Assembly: GCA_030390025.1 (NCBI GenBank)
Contig: CM059432.1
Coordinates: 99,636,001-99,700,000, forward strand
Length of the DNA stretch: 64,000 bases
Origin: Squalus acanthias
Lineage: Eukaryota
Reading direction: 5' to 3'
In this document: positions 36,601 to 50,640 of the stretch, in pieces
Position numbering within the stretch: the stretch's first letter is position 1
Layout of the letters: each line of letters opens with the position of its first letter
Notes under the pieces: model-generated
Seen by the model: the letters and a program-made list of their open reading frames with translations, nothing else
The model's database searches: none
Told to the model about the DNA's origin: nothing
Made by a program: the position numbers and the translations under genes

Positions 36601-36785
36601 CTGCTACCATCAAGAAAATAGATCAAAAACTGAATAAACAACTCCTTAAATTTTACAGGACGTATTTAACAAAATACCCAGGAGTGATTTTAAGGTAATA
36701 ATCTATCTCGAGATTCACAAAACAGTTGTAAACTGCCCCCAATTTATGATGTCATTTAAATCCCTCAATTAAATTACTGCTTTAT

Positions 36786-37477
36786 AATCCCCCACCATCA
36801 ACATCCTAGGGGTCACCATTGACCAGAAACCTAACTGGACCAGCCACATAAATACTGTGGCAACAAGAGCAGGTCAGAGGCTAGGTATTCTGCAGCGAGT
36901 GTCTCACCTCCTGACTCCCCAAAGACTTTCCACCACCTACAAGGCACAAGTAAGGAGTGTGATGCAATACTCTCCACTTGCCTGGATGAGTGCAACTCCA
37001 ACAACACTCAAGAAGCTCGACACCATCCAGGACAAGCAGTCCGTTTGATTGGCACCCCATCCACCACCTTAAACATTCACTCCCTCCACCACTGGCGTAC
37101 CGTGGCTGCAGTGTGTGCCATCTACAAGATGCATTGCAGCAACTCGCCAAGGCTTCTTCGGCAGCACCTCCCAAACCCGCGACCTCTTCCACCTAGAAGG
37201 ACAAGGGCAGCAGGTGCATGGGAACACCACCGCCTCCAAGTTCCCCTCCAAGTCACACATCATCCTGACTTAGTAGTATATCGCCGATCCTGCATCGTCG
37301 CTGGGTCAAAATCCTGGAACTCCCTCCCTAACAGCACTGCGGGAGTACCTTCACCACATGGACTGCAGCGGTTCAAGAAGGTGGCTCACCATCACCTTCT
37401 CAAGGGCAATTAGGAATGGGTAATAAATGCTGGTCTTGCCAGCGACGCCCAGATCCCATAAGCGAATTTTTTAAAAA
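36786..37477 (+). mobile_element. 5'-truncated CR1-superfamily LINE (second family)
   Basis: YKAQVRSVMQYSPLAW..SLHHWRTVAAVCAIYKM..KSWNSLP; inverted homolog of 34590-35381. Confidence 0.87.
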
Positions 37478-37597
37478 ATGAATCTATTATTCTAATGAAT
37501 ACCACATAAGGTATTGAATTACATGGTATCAATTTATAAGATAGGTTTGCAAATCTGTAATATAATTAATATGAGATCAATTGATTTAGGAGATAGT

Positions 37598-38338
37598 GGG
37601 GTAGAGTTTCCCCTAGGTTGCTCTGTTTTTCCAGTGCAGTGTGCCCAAAATCGGGCAAACCAGTGTAAAAGGTCGAGGAATTTCAAATGCAAGTTACGTC
37701 CAGCGCATATCGAGTTTCCACAATCTTTTACGCTAGTTTAAAAAACATCGGCTGGAAGCTAGCCCCGCCCACAAAACTAGCCCCCCCCCCCAGATCAAAT
37801 TAATCAGCATGGCTAGTTTCCATTAATTGCACCTGTTTAAGGCCCTTCGAGGAGGCTCTTTAAATTAAGTTTTTTTTAGACACAAAGGCACTAATAGACA
37901 CCTTTTAAATATTAAAAAATATTTAACTTATTAATAAACTGACTACTGTACAACAATGAAACTAGTAAATGGTTCTGCATAGCTTTTTTTAAGTCATTTT
38001 CAGTTATTTGAAATCGGGTTACTCACAGGTGGTGGACTCGACACTCTGAATAAAAATTCTTACTTTTTGTGCTAATTCAGCTGTATTAATAAAAGTGCAC
38101 CAGGTTACCACTCTTAAATACATCACAGAGCATTTTTAATGCAAGGGGGAAAAAATAAACAATTACGTTCTAAAACGATGCCCGATTGCATTGCTTCATG
38201 GCCGATTTTACGTTTGTGATTATGCAAATGAGTTTCAGCGGAAACCTGAACCATAATTTCACTTTGGAAAACTAGCACAATTTTGAGCACAATTTGCGCC
38301 CGGATTGCTGATTGTGCCCAAAGCAGAAACTCTATCCC
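37598..38338. mobile_element. Non-autonomous DNA transposon (MITE)
   Basis: TIR GGGGTAGAGTTTC/GAAACTCTATCCC; TSD not clean. Confidence 0.6.
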
Positions 38339-38548
38339 AAGATAGTAACAGTCAATCCATTCCCACAGGCATTAAGGTTGCAACTTTTTCTTGTTTCCTT
38401 CGGTCAACCATTTCTGATCATTTGCCTCCTCCAGATTCATTGCCACTAATGCTTCAATACTTTACTTCCCAAAACAAGGCTGTCAAGGCCTTGGAGAGGG
38501 TTAAAGGGGTTTTACTAGAATGATACCAGGGATCAGATAAACTTCAGT

Positions 38549-41500
38549 TTAAACTGAAGTGGCAGGGGGTTGGGCACCTGAGCAGGGAGACAGAGGAAAG
38601 CGTGTCAGGAAGGGACAGAAGGTATGGAGTAAAAGGTAAAGTGTTAAAAAAGGAAAAAGCAGGAACTAAGTGTCACAAAACATATTTGAAAGTTCTTTAT
38701 CTGAATGCACGTAGCATTTGTAACAAAATGGACGAGTTAATGGCACAAATAACTACGTATGGGTATGATCTTGTGGCCATTACAGAAACATGGCTGCAGG
38801 GTGACGACGACTGGGAACTAAATATGCCAGGGTATTTAACAATCAGGAAGGACAGGCAGGAAGGAAGGGGAGGTGGGGTGGCTATGTTAATAAAGGAAGG
38901 AATCACTGTAATACAGAGAAATGATATTGGGTCAAAGGATCAGGATAATGAAACAGTTTGGGTGGATAAGGAATAATAAGGGGAAAAAAACACTAGCGCG
39001 AGTAGTATATAGGCCTCCTAATAGTTGCAACTCTGCTGGAAGAAGTATTAATCAGGAAATAGTTGGGGCATGTAATAAGGGAACAGCTATAATTATGGGG
39101 GATTTTAACTATCATATTAACTGGACAAATCAAATTGGGCAGGGTAGCCTTGAGGAAGAGTTTATTGAGTGTATTAGGGATGGATTTCTTGAGCAGTATG
39201 TAACTGATCCTACAAGGGGACAAGCAACCTTGGACCTGGTCCTGTGTAATGAGTCAGGATTAATTAATAATGTCCTAGTTAAGGATCACCTTGGAATAAG
39301 TGACCATAACATGGTTGAATTCCATATCCAATTAGAGGGTGAGAAGGTTGGTTATCAAACAAGTGTACTGAGCTTGAATAAAGGAGACTATGATGGTATG
39401 AGAGCGGAATTGATTAAAGTGGACTGTGAAAATAGATTAAAGGGTAAGACGGTACATGAGCAGTGGTGTTCATTTAAGGAGTTATTTTACAACTTTCAAA
39501 AGAAATATATTCTACTGAGGAAAAAGGGTGTAAAAGAAACGACAGCCATCCGTGGCTAAGTAAAGAAATTAAGGATAGTATCCGACTAAAAACAAGGATG
39601 TATAAGGTAGCCAAACTTAGTGGGAGGATAGAAGATTGGGAAGTCTTCAAAAGACAGCAAAAAGTAACCGAAGGATTGATTAAGAAAGGGAAGATAGATT
39701 ATGAAAATAAATTAGCAAAAAATATAAAAACAGATAGCAAGAGTTTCTATAGTTATATAAAAAGAAAAAGGGTGGCTAAGGCAAACGTAGGTCCCTTAGA
39801 GGATGAGACTGGGAAACTAATGGTGGGAAACATGGAGATGGCAAAAATGCTGAACAAATATTTTGTTTCAGTCTTTACGGTAGAGGACACTAAGAATATC
39901 CCAACACTGGACAAACAGGGGGCTCTAGGGGAGGAGGAGCTAAATACGATTAAAATCACTAAGGAATTGGTACTCAGTAAAATAATGGGACTCAAGGCGG
40001 ATAAATCCCCTGGACCTGATGGCTTACATCCTAGGGTCTTGAGGGAAGTGGCAGTAGGGATTGTGGATGCTTTGGTAATAATTTTCCAAAATTCCCTGGA
40101 CTCAGCAAAGGTCCCGGCAGATTGGAAAACTGCTAATGTAACACCCTTATTTAAAAAGGGTAGTAGGCAGAAGGCTGGAAATTATAGACCAGTTAGCCTA
40201 ACATCTGTGGTGGGTAAAATTTTGGAGTCTATTATTAAGGAGACAGTAACGGAACATTTAGATAAACATAATTTAATAGGACAAAGTCAGCATGGCTTTA
40301 TGAAGGGGAAGTCATGTCTGACAAATTTGCTTGAGTTCTTTGAGGACATAATGTACAGGGTGGATAAAGGGGAACCAGTGGACGTAGTGTATTTAGACTT
40401 CCAGAAGGCATTTGACAAGGTGCCACATAAAAGATTATTGCTCAAGATAAAAATCACTGGATTGGGGGTAATATTCTGGCATGGGTGGAAGATTGGTTAT
40501 CTAACAGGAAGCAGAGAGTTGGGATAAATGGATCATTCTCGGACTGGCAACCAGTAGCCAGTGGTGTTCCGCAGGGGTCGGTGCTGGGTCCCCAACTCTT
40601 TACAATCTATATTAACGATTTGGAGGAGGGGACCGAGTGTAACATATCAAAGTTTGCAGATGATACAAAGATGGGAGGGAAAGTAGAAAGTGAGGAGGAC
40701 ATAAAAAACCTACAAGGGGATATAGACAGGCTGGGTGAGTGGGCGGAGATTTGGCAGATGCAATACAATATTGGAAAATGTGAGGTTATGCACTTTGGCA
40801 GGAAAAATCAGAGAGCAAGTTATTATCTTAATGGCGAGAAACTGGAAAGCACTGCAGTACAAAGGGATCTGGGGGTCCTAGTGCAAGAAAATCAAAAAGT
40901 TAGTATGCAGGTGCAGCAGGTGATCAAGAAGGCCAACAGAATGTTGGCTTTTATTGCTAGGGGGATAGATTATAAAAACAGGGAGGTATTGCTGCAGTTA
41001 TATAAGGTATTGGTGAGACCGCACCTAGAATACTGCGTACAGTTTTGGTATCCATACTTAAGAAAAGACATACTTGCTCTCGAGGCAGTACAAAGAAGGT
41101 TCACTCGGTTTATCCCGGGGATGAGGGGGTGGACATATGAGGAGAGGTTGAGTAGATTGGGACTCTACTCATTGGAGTTCAGAAGAATGAGAGGCGATCT
41201 TATGGAAACATATAAGATTGTGAAGGGGCTTGATCGGGTGGATGCGGTAAGGATGTTCCCAAGGATGGGTGAAGCTAGAACTAGGGGGCATAATCTTAGA
41301 ATAAGGGGCTGCTCTTTCAAAACTGAGATGAGGAGAAACTTCTTCACTCAGAGGGTAGTGGGTCTGTGGAATTTGCTGCCCCAGGAAGCTGTGGAAGCTA
41401 CATCATTAAATAAATTTAAAACAGAAATAGATAGTTTCCTAGAGGTAAAGGGAATTAGGGGTTATGGTGAGCGGGCAGGAAATTGGACAAGAGGCTGAGT

Positions 41501-41693
41501 TCGGATCGGTCAGGGCCCTGTGGGTGGCGGAGCGGACCCAGGGGCTGAGTGGCCGGATCCTGCTCCTACTTCTTGTGTTCTTTAGATTTGAGGTTAGGAT
41601 CAGATCAGCCATGATGTTATTGAATGGCAGAGCAGGCTCGAGGGGCCGATTGGCCTACTCCTGCTCCTATTTCTTATGTTCTTATGTTCTTAT
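38549..41693 (+). mobile_element. Young 5'-truncated CR1 LINE with nearly complete ORF2, inserted in an older CR1
   Basis: 8-bp TSD ACTTCAGT (38541-38548, 41694-41701); TTCTTATG tail repeats. Confidence 0.93.
38602..41498 (+). pseudogene. CR1 ORF2 (APE endonuclease + RT), three frameshifts
   Basis: YLNARS, AITETWL, MGDFN, SDHN, DFQKAFDKVPH, GVPQGSVLGP, KFADDTK. Confidence 0.95.
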
Positions 41694-42577
41694 ACTTCAG
41701 TATGTGGAAAGACTAGAGAAGCTGGGATTGTTCTCCTTAGAGCAGCGAAGATTGAGGGGAGATTTAACAGAGGAGTTCAAAATTATGAAAGGTCGCAGAG
41801 TGCAGAGCAGAACAGAGTGTTAAGCTGCGAGTTTGGTGAGTGAGGGAGTGAATCTTAAAGGTTAATCTCTTTTTTTAATAAAATCTAGTCTTGTGTGCTT
41901 GCAATTAGCATTTAAATTTACTGTTTCAAGTTTTAAGTTTCTTCTAGGCTTGGGCAGGGCTAAGCAAGCTCTGTGCTGGAGAGCAGGTGAGAGTAATTAA
42001 TTAATTAACTGGCCTAATCTGGTTCTGTAACTGCCAGAGAGCTCACTTATTTAAATCTCAGCAGTATAAATAAGGGAGGCTAGAGTGCAGTTTGTCATGG
42101 AGTGCAGATCAGAACAGAGTGTTAAGCTGTGAGTTTGGGGAGGGAGGTGTTCCTTTCTTTTTCTATCTTTGTCAGCTTCCAGGAGAGCAGGAGCTAAAAA
42201 GCTGCACAAGAGGGGACAGAGAAGCCAGTGGGAGTTCGGCTCTGTGACACCCCCCAACTGCATCTGGAGAAAAATAAAAGTGCTGTTTAAACAGATTGTT
42301 GCGTGTTGGCAATTGGTACTTACTTTACACCAAGGAAAGAGTCTGTGGGTGGGAGCAGTCAAACAACAACAACTGTGAAACCGTTAAAGTGATGTCATAA
42401 CCAGGGAAGGAGCTGATTGGTAAGTAGGACCTGGTGAGTATTTCTACAGTCCAGTCGTTAAAGTAAAAGTAAAGTCTCTAGTTTAGAGTAAGTAGTGTTT
42501 AAAGGGAAGTAAGGTCCCGAGTGTATTTAATATTCTTTAATTTAAAGGAAGTAAAGGGAGTAAATTAAGGATAAGAC

Positions 42578-43500
42578 ATGGCAGCTCGGCAGTGTGGAGT
42601 GCTCCTCCTGTGCTATGTGGGAAGTCAGGGAAACTTTCAGTGTCCAGGGTGAACACATGTGCAGGAAGTGTCTCCAGCTGCAGCTACTCGAAATCCATGT
42701 TTTGGAGCTGGAGCTGCTGCTGGAGTCACTGTGGAGCATCCATGAAGCTGAGATCTTCATGGATAGCATGTTTAACAAGGTGGTCACACCACAGGTAAAG
42801 AGTGCACAGGCAGACAGGAAATGGGTGACTGCCAGACAGAGTAAAAGAACTAGGAAGGTAGTGCAGGAGTCCCCTGGGTCCATCTCCCTCTACAACAGAT
42901 TTTCCGTTTTGGATACTGCTGGGGGAGATTGTTTCTCAGGGGAATGCAGCAAGAGCCAAGTCTGTGGCACTACGAGTGGCTCAGCTGCACAAGAGGGGAG
43001 GAAAAAGAGTGGGAGAGCAATAGTGATAGGGGATTCTATCGTAAGGGAAACAGATAGACGTTTCTGTGGCCGCAGACGTGACTCCAGCATGATATGTTTC
43101 CTCCCTGGTGCCAGGGTCAAGGATGTCACTGAATGGCTGCAGGGCATTCTGAAGGGGGAGGGTGATCAGTCAGAGGTTGTGGTTCACATTGGTACCAATG
43201 ACATGGGTAGAAAGAGGGATGAGGTCCTGCAACAAGAATTTAGGGAGCTAGGTAGCAGATTAAAAAGCAGGACCTCAAAGGTTGTAATCTCTGCCACGTG
43301 CTAGTGAGTATAGGAATAGGAGGATAGAGCAGATGAATGTGTAGCTAAAGAGCTGGTGCAGGAGGGAGGGCTTTAGTTTCCTGGATCACTGGGTCTGCTT
43401 CTGGGGAAGGTGGGACCTGTACAAGTCAGACAGGTTGCACCTGAACCGGAACAGGACCAAAATCCTTGCAGGGAGGTCTGCTAGTACTGTTGGGGGGGTT
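42578..43500 (+). pseudogene. CR1 ORF1 (zinc finger/leucine zipper + SGNH esterase)
   Basis: ECSSCAMW..CRKC; IVIGDSIVR; FLPGARV; HIGTND; D.LHLN. Confidence 0.9.
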
Positions 43501-43639
43501 AAACTAACTTGGCAGGGGGATGGGATATGGAGTGGAGCTATAGTAGGGGGTGATGCACAGCCAAATATAGAGGAAAAAACAAGTCAGCCTGGAAGTCAGA
43601 GCAAATATGTAATGGCACAAGGGAGTATGGCAAGGCTGG

Positions 43640-46419
43640 ATGGCATTTATTTTAATGCAAGGAGTCTTGCGAGTAAGGCAGATGAATTGAAGATGTTGAT
43701 GAACACATGGGAGTATGATATTGTTGCTATCACAGAGACATGGTTGAGGGAGGGGCAGGACTGGCAGCTCCATATTCCGGGATATAGAATCTTCAGGTGA
43801 GACAGAGGGGGGTGTAAAAGAGGAGGGGGTGTTGCAATATTAATTAAGGAGTCAATTACTGCTGTAAGGAGGGATGATATCTTAGCAGGTTCCTCTAATT
43901 AGGCCATAAGGGTAGAACTTAAAAACAAAAAGGGGGCAAGCACTTTGCTGGGGGTGTACTATAGGCCCCCAAACAGTCAGGGGGAGATAGAGGAACAGAT
44001 ATGTAGGCAAATCTCAGAAGTGTGGTAATAATAGTGGGGGATTTCAACTTCCCCAATATTAACTGGGATATTCAGAGTGTGAAAGGCTTAGAGGGTGCGG
44101 AATTCTTAAAGTGCATCCAGGAGAGCTTTTTGAGCCAGCATGTAGAAAGTCCTACAAGAGAGGGGGTGGTACTGGACCTAATTCCAGGGAATGTAGCCAG
44201 GCAAGTGGTAGAAGTGTCAGTAGGAGAGCATTTTGGTGACCGTGACCATAATTCGGTGAGATTTAAGGTAGTCCTGGAGAAGGACAAAGATAGACCGGAA
44301 ATAAAGGTTCTAATTTGGGGGAAGGTCGATTCTAATATAAGGCAGGATCTGGCCAAAGTGGACTGGGATCAGCTACTTGTAGGAAAATCCACATCCGAGC
44401 AGTGGGAGTCTTTCAGAAAGGAAATTAAGAGTACAACGCCAACATGTTCTCGTAAAGGTCAAGGGTGGGACCAACAAGCCCAGGGAACCCTGGATGTCAA
44501 GGGATATACAAGAATGGATTAGGAAAAAAGGGAGGCTTTTGGCAGATACAAAGGACTAAAACAGTGGAAGCCCTAGAGGAGTATAGAATGTGAAGGGGAG
44601 TACTTAAAGAAATTAGGAGAGCGAAGAGGGGGCATGAAAAAACACTGGCGGGCAAAATAAAGGAAACTCCCAAGGTGTTTTATAAGCATATTAAGGGCAA
44701 GAGGATAACCAGGGAAAGAGTAGGGCCCATTAGGGACCGAAGTGGCAATCTGTGTGTAGAGCTGGAAGATGTGGGTAAGGTTTTAAATGAATATTTTGCA
44801 TCTGTGTTCACTATGGAGAAGGACGATGTAGGCATAGAAATCAGGCAGGGGGATTGTGATATACTTGAACAAATTAGTATTGAGAGGGAGGAGGTACTAA
44901 TGGTTTTAGCGGGCTTAAAAGTGGGTAAATCCCCAGGCCCAGACGAGATGTATCCCAGGCTGCTGTGTGAGGCAAGGGAGGAGGTTGCAGGGGTCTGACA
45001 CAAATTTTTAGAACCTCTCTGGCCACAGGGGAGGTGCCAGAGGACTGGAGGACAGCTAACATAGTACCATAATTCAAGAAGGGTAGTAAGGATAAACCAG
45101 GGAATAACAGGCCAGTGAGCCTAACATCAGTGGTAGGGAAATTATTGGAAAAAATTCTGAGGGACAGAATTAGTCTCCACTTGGAGAGGCAAGGATTAAT
45201 CAAGGATAGTCAGCATAGCTTTGTCAGAGGGCGATCATGTCTGACCAATTTGATTGAATTTTTCGAGGGGTTGACTGGTGTGTGGATGAGGGGAGTGCAG
45301 TTGATGTAGTCTACATAGACTTCAGTAAGGCTTTTGACAAAGTCTCACATGGGAGACTGGTCAAGAAGGTAAGAGCCCATGGGATCCAGGGCAATTTGGC
45401 ACATTGGATCCAAAATTGGCTTAGTGGCAGGAGGCAGAGGGTGATGGTCAAAGGTTGTTTTTGTGACTGGAAGCGGTGGTGTACCGCTGGGATCGGTGCT
45501 GGGTCCTTTGCTGTTTGTAGTGTACATTCATGATTTAGATATGCATGTAGGAGGTATGATCAGTAAGTTTGCAGATAACACGAAAATTGGTGGAGTGGTA
45601 AATAGCGAGGAGGGAAGCCTCAGGCTACAGGCGATATAGATGGGTTGGTTAGATGGGCAGAACAGTGGCAAATGGAATTTAACCCTGAAAAGTGTGAGGT
45701 GATGCATTTTGGGAGGACTAACAAGGCAAGGGAATACACAATGAATGGTAGGACCCTAGGAAGGACAGAGGATCAGAGGGACCTTGGTGTGCATGTACAT
45801 AGATCCCTGAAGGCAGCAGGACCGGTAGATAAGGTGGTTAAAAAGGCATATGGGATACTTGCCTTCATTAGCTGAGGCATAGAATATAAGAGCAGGGAGG
45901 TTATGATGGAGCTGTACAAAACGCTAGTTAGGCCACAGCTGGAATACTGTGTGCAGTTCTGGTCGCCACACTATAGGAAGGATGTGATTGCATTGGAGAG
46001 GGTGCAGAGGAGATTCACAGGATGTTACCTGGGCTGGAGCGCTTCAGCTATGAAGAGAGACTGGACAGGCTGGGGTTGTTTTCCTTAGAGCAGAGAAGGC
46101 TGAGGGGGGACCTGATTGAGGTGTACAAAATTATGAGGGGCATAGATAGGGTAGATAGAAAGGAACTTTTCCCCTTATTAAGTGGTCAATAACCAGGGGG
46201 TATAGTTTCAAGGTAAGGGGCAGGATGTTTAGAGGGGATTTGAGGAAAAACTTTTTCACCCAGAGGGTGGTTGGAATCTGGAACTCACTGCCTGAAAGGG
46301 TGGTAGAGGCAGGAACCCTCACAACATTCAAGAAGCATTTAGATGAGCACTTGAAACGCCATAGCATACAAGGCTACGGACCAAGTGCTGGAAAATGGAT
46401 TAGAATAGACAGGGCTTGA
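43640..46419 (+). pseudogene. CR1 ORF2 (APE + RT), fragmented
   Basis: YFNARS, AITETWL, VGDFN, DHN, DFSKAFDKV, KFAD(N)TK, FFTQRVV. Confidence 0.92.
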
Positions 46420-46488
46420 TGGCCGGCGCAGACACGATAGGCCGAAGGACCTCTTTCTGTGCTGTATAACTCTATCTATCTATCTATG

Positions 46489-47135
46489 ATCTATTTCCCT
46501 TAGCAGAGGGGTCAAAAACCAGGGGGCAGATTTAAAATAATTGGTGGAAGGTTTAGAGGAGATTTGAGGGGAAATTTCTTCACCCAGAGGGTTGTGGGGG
46601 TCTGGAACTCACTGCCTGAAAGGGTGGTAGAGGCAGGAACCGTAACCACATTTGACAAGTACTTGGATGTGCACTTGGGATGCTCTAACCTGCAGGGCTA
46701 CGGACCAAGAGCTGGGAAGTGGGATTAGGCTGGATAGCTCTTTGTTGGCCGGCACAGACACAATGGGCCGAAATGGCCTCCTTCTGTGCTGTAACTTTCT
46801 ATGATAGAATAAGTAAGGAGAAACTGTTCCACTGGCAGGAGGGTTGGTGATCAAAGGACACAGATTTAAGGTAATTGGCAAAAAAAGAGGGGAGATGAGG
46901 AATATTTTTTACAAAGTGAGTTGTTATGATCTGGAATGCACTACCTGAAAGGGTGGTGGACGCAGAATCAATAGTAACTTTCAAAAGGAATTGGCTATAT
47001 ACTTGAAAAGGAGAAATTTGCAGGGTTATGGGGAAAGATCAGATGAGTGGGACTAATTGGATATCTCTTTCAAAGAGCCGGAATAGGCACGATGGGCTGA
47101 ATGGCACCCTTCTGTGCTATATGATTCTGATTCTA
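46489..47135 (+). mobile_element. Two further stacked CR1 3' ends
   Basis: Repeated FFTQRVV..WN.LP..3'UTR stem-loop..CTATG tail units. Confidence 0.85.
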
Positions 47136-47189
47136 TAACCAGTAGTCTGAAGTTTATTGCACATAATGAAAGTGCACAAGAACACATCT

Positions 47190-47550
47190 TTTACATAGAA
47201 TTTACAGCACAGAAACAGGCCATTCAGCCCAACAGGTCTATGCTGGTGTTTATGCGCCACACGAGCCTTCTGACACCTTATTTCATCTCACCCTTTCAAC
47301 ACAGCCTCCCATTCCTTTATCCCTCATGTACTTTTTGAGCTTTCCCTTAAAGGCATACGCCTCAAGTACTCCATGTCATAGCAAGTGCCACATTCTAATC
47401 ACTCTCTGGGTAAAGAAGTTTCTCCTTAATTCCAATAAGGAATTATTAGTGACTATCTAATATTTATGGCCATATATTTATGACATCTAGTTTTGGACTC
47501 CCCCACAAGTGGAAACATCTTCTCTACGTATATCCTACTACCAATTTCCA
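47190..47550 (-). mobile_element. CR1 3' fragment
   Basis: cactctctgggtaaagaagtttctcc is the reverse complement of RRNFFTQRV. Confidence 0.75.
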
Positions 47551-47595
47551 GCATAACAAGAAATCTTAAGGCTGTAATGTATTTCAGAGGCTTAG

Positions 47596-50500
47596 GGGGT
47601 CATTTTAACCCCCAGGGACTGGTGGGGTGGTCAAAAATAGATAAATTGGAAACCCAACCTGCCTCCAACCCGCTCACCTTCAGTTTTAATGGAGGCAGAT
47701 TGGCAGGCAGCCGACTATCCTGCTCTCTGGAGGCAGGTCCCGAATTTAAATATTTTTACTGCGGCTGTGTGCCTCATGTTAGCTCTGTTTTAAATGTAAC
47801 ACTGGCTAGCCATGTTTCCTGAGCCTCCGGAAACCTGGCAGCTGAAGGGAGGCGAGAATGGCTGGATGAAACAGCTAAGTCCCTTTCCAGCACTGCTTGT
47901 GGGCCAGGAGGAGCAGGAGTGATTTTCTCCGGCCCCTCCCCAAGTCCGACCCACTCCCGATGTCCGACCCCCTCTCAATTGCTGTAGGAGAGCAGATTAT
48001 AGGAGATGATCCAACTGATGCCCTTATTCATTCAGTCTATCAGGTATCCAAAGGCAAAGTAGATGGTTGGGCCCAGATGCTGCATGGCCTCAGTATGAGC
48101 ATCCCTGAGAGATGCTACTAATGGTGCCACAGACACCTGCAGGGTCCAGCTGCAGCATCCACTGAGGTGATCACATACTCCATGGTTGACTCCAGAGTGA
48201 CGATGCCATGCGCCAAAATCCCACATAAGTTGGTAGTGGATCCTCTGTACTTTCTGACATGTAGCAGAAGCTCCCTGGCAGGCAGTCCAATGCATTGAGC
48301 AATTGCTGGTGACTGAAATCATCTTTCTTTTAAAGAATACCCCGTAAAGTCTGGGGATTGAAATTAGTCTTGAGTGGTAGCGCAAAATGGGCAATAGCAA
48401 ATCCACAGTACTTTTCACACCAAACACGATTTTCTTTTGCATTTACGTCAATGGAAAGGAAAGTCGGGCAGAACGTACAATGGGCTGCCAATTCATTATT
48501 GCCCATTTTGCCCCCTGTATTTCTGTCCTCTAGAAAGAGAAAAATAAAGGGAAATCCTCATTTTCTGCTGCACACAGCCTCCAGCCTGGCCATCTCCAAT
48601 GCTCTCTGCAAATGTTGATGGGAGCCTCGTCCATTGCATGTCAGGATGTGAATAGAGGCACAGCCTTCTCCTGTTCACATACACTCCTTTCTGTTGTGTG
48701 CCAGCTTCTCCTGCAAGAAGAATGGAAGTGGTTTAGTCTGTGCCTTGTTGAAGGGTTTTCAAGATGTGTGAGACAGCTCAACGTAGCGTGCATGGTGAGA
48801 GGAAGAAGCAGAAAGTGTGACCAAAAGGGGAAAGTTACTGTGAGGGCACCGCAGATTTTGAGTGTGAGTGCAAGCAGAAGGAGGTGCAGTGAAGTGTCCT
48901 ATTCTGATTTAAGGAAAGGTATAGGAAAAGGAGAGAAAGACTGGTAGTGCTGGGGCTACAGTAGAGTGGTGCAGGGCTGTGGAGGGAGTATGAGATGTGA
49001 AGGGGAGTCTTGTATTGGCAGTCCTTCTGAGGTCATTACATTTTACCTGCACTGCAGCCAGGTCCTCGGAACAATGTGTGTGGCATTTACTTGTTTCACC
49101 ACCTCTTTCAATGCAAATTGTTGTGTATATTTTATTTTTTAAATTACTCTGGTTAAGTAGCACTGCGAGAGAATAGATAAATATTAACATTTTGATACAA
49201 AAATGAAAGCACTAGTACTTGCAGAGATAATGCACTTCACCTTTAAGGGGCTGCAGGCTGCCTTTAAGTAGCAGCCTCCCAAACTGGATTTCCAATTGGC
49301 GAACTGTCTATAGTGAGTGCAACTTACATAGCATATCAGGTCAGCCCTGCCACCCACTTTTTAATACGTTTCAGGAAGAAGAAAATCAGCAGGAACAACT
49401 TACTGAAGAAATGACTAAATAAATTAAGGCAGAGTGAAATTTAGTTAGCCTTTGCCTCCAGCCTGGTGCCACACTGCAAGACAGCATGGTTGGAGAATTA
49501 GCACTACAGTGTTGTAGCTCTATCTAACGCATGATCTCTCTAATCACAGCTCCCTCTGGGAGCCCTGGATCATTACATTTACCCTCAATACAATGCCAGG
49601 TTTTACCAGTAAAATAAAAAATGGAATACTTGTGCATGCAGGAATCTCATTATATTTTGCTTGCACAGTATTCAAAGGATCAATAAAGTCAGTGCAGCAC
49701 AATATTTTCACCACATCCCCAACACTAAAATCATAAAGGTGGTAATGGAATTTCACGAATTGAGAAAATACTTGCCTAATATTTTCCAAAAATATTGGGC
49801 CATATTTTGTTGTAGCAAGTCATCTAATGGTGTCTGCTGTTAGTCAGACTTGCCCTTGCATGTTTAGGTTTTAAGCATTTTTGCATGGCAAGTTGCTGAA
49901 CGTGCGAGCTGATAACAGCGCAGCGAGGGAAACCGGGAATCTCGGACCAGGGCACGCAACTGTGTATCACCTTAACCAATCAGATTGAAGGATTGAAATT
50001 AACAGCATGGGGACTGATGGAACCCAGGCAGGGGGATGGAGTGGAAAGCTTAGCCACTCCTTTCCTACCCCGATATGGCCGAATGCAATTTAAAATTGCA
50101 GGTGGCAAGGACACCAACCCCAAGCTGGCGGGATCCTCTTTAAATATGCAGATCGGGTTCCGATAATGTAATCGGGGTCTGATCTGCAATTTTAATTGGA
50201 TACCTGAGCAGGGGAGCAGTGACGGGTTCCTTGCCAGGCCAAAACCAACCACGAGCTGGGTTGAGCCTTGGAAGAGGCCCATGGCAGTTAAGTGCTTACA
50301 TTTTTTTAGGTTTCTTTGTGGGCCAAGAGGAGAGCTCCTGAGTCCCACAAGGAAACCTTAAGCCTACCTTGCCCCAGGCTTCCCTGCCCCCCCACCCCCG
50401 ACCCCGATCGCGATCACCTCCCTCACTGTCGGGGACCATTCCCACGGGTACCCGGTAGCAACCTCCTGTTGCCCGAATTTCCACTCCCATCCGCCGGGCA

Positions 50501-50640
50501 GTCAGTGTTTTCTGCCGGCTTCGGGCAGGACTCGATGCCTGGACTTGGTCTGGGACTTAAAATCTCTCCGGGCTTCAAAATGTGAGTTTGCCTAGGCCCC
50601 TTCGCATAGAATGATCCTACCCCGTGATAAAATCGGGGGC
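47596..50640. mobile_element. Patchwork of degraded Harbinger/MITE remnants, including a minus-strand Myb/SANT fragment (~49020-49075)
   Basis: TIR-like ends (GGGGGTCATTTTAAC; ATAAAATCGGGGGC); the minus strand reads PRTWLQCR. Confidence 0.4.

Larger units (their letters stand above)
41792..46488 (+). mobile_element. Full-length degraded CR1 LINE (5'UTR, ORF1, ORF2, tail)
   Basis: 5'UTR with duplicated GAGTGCAGA.CAGAACAGAGTGTTAAGCTG; both ORFs; TCTA tail. Confidence 0.93.
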
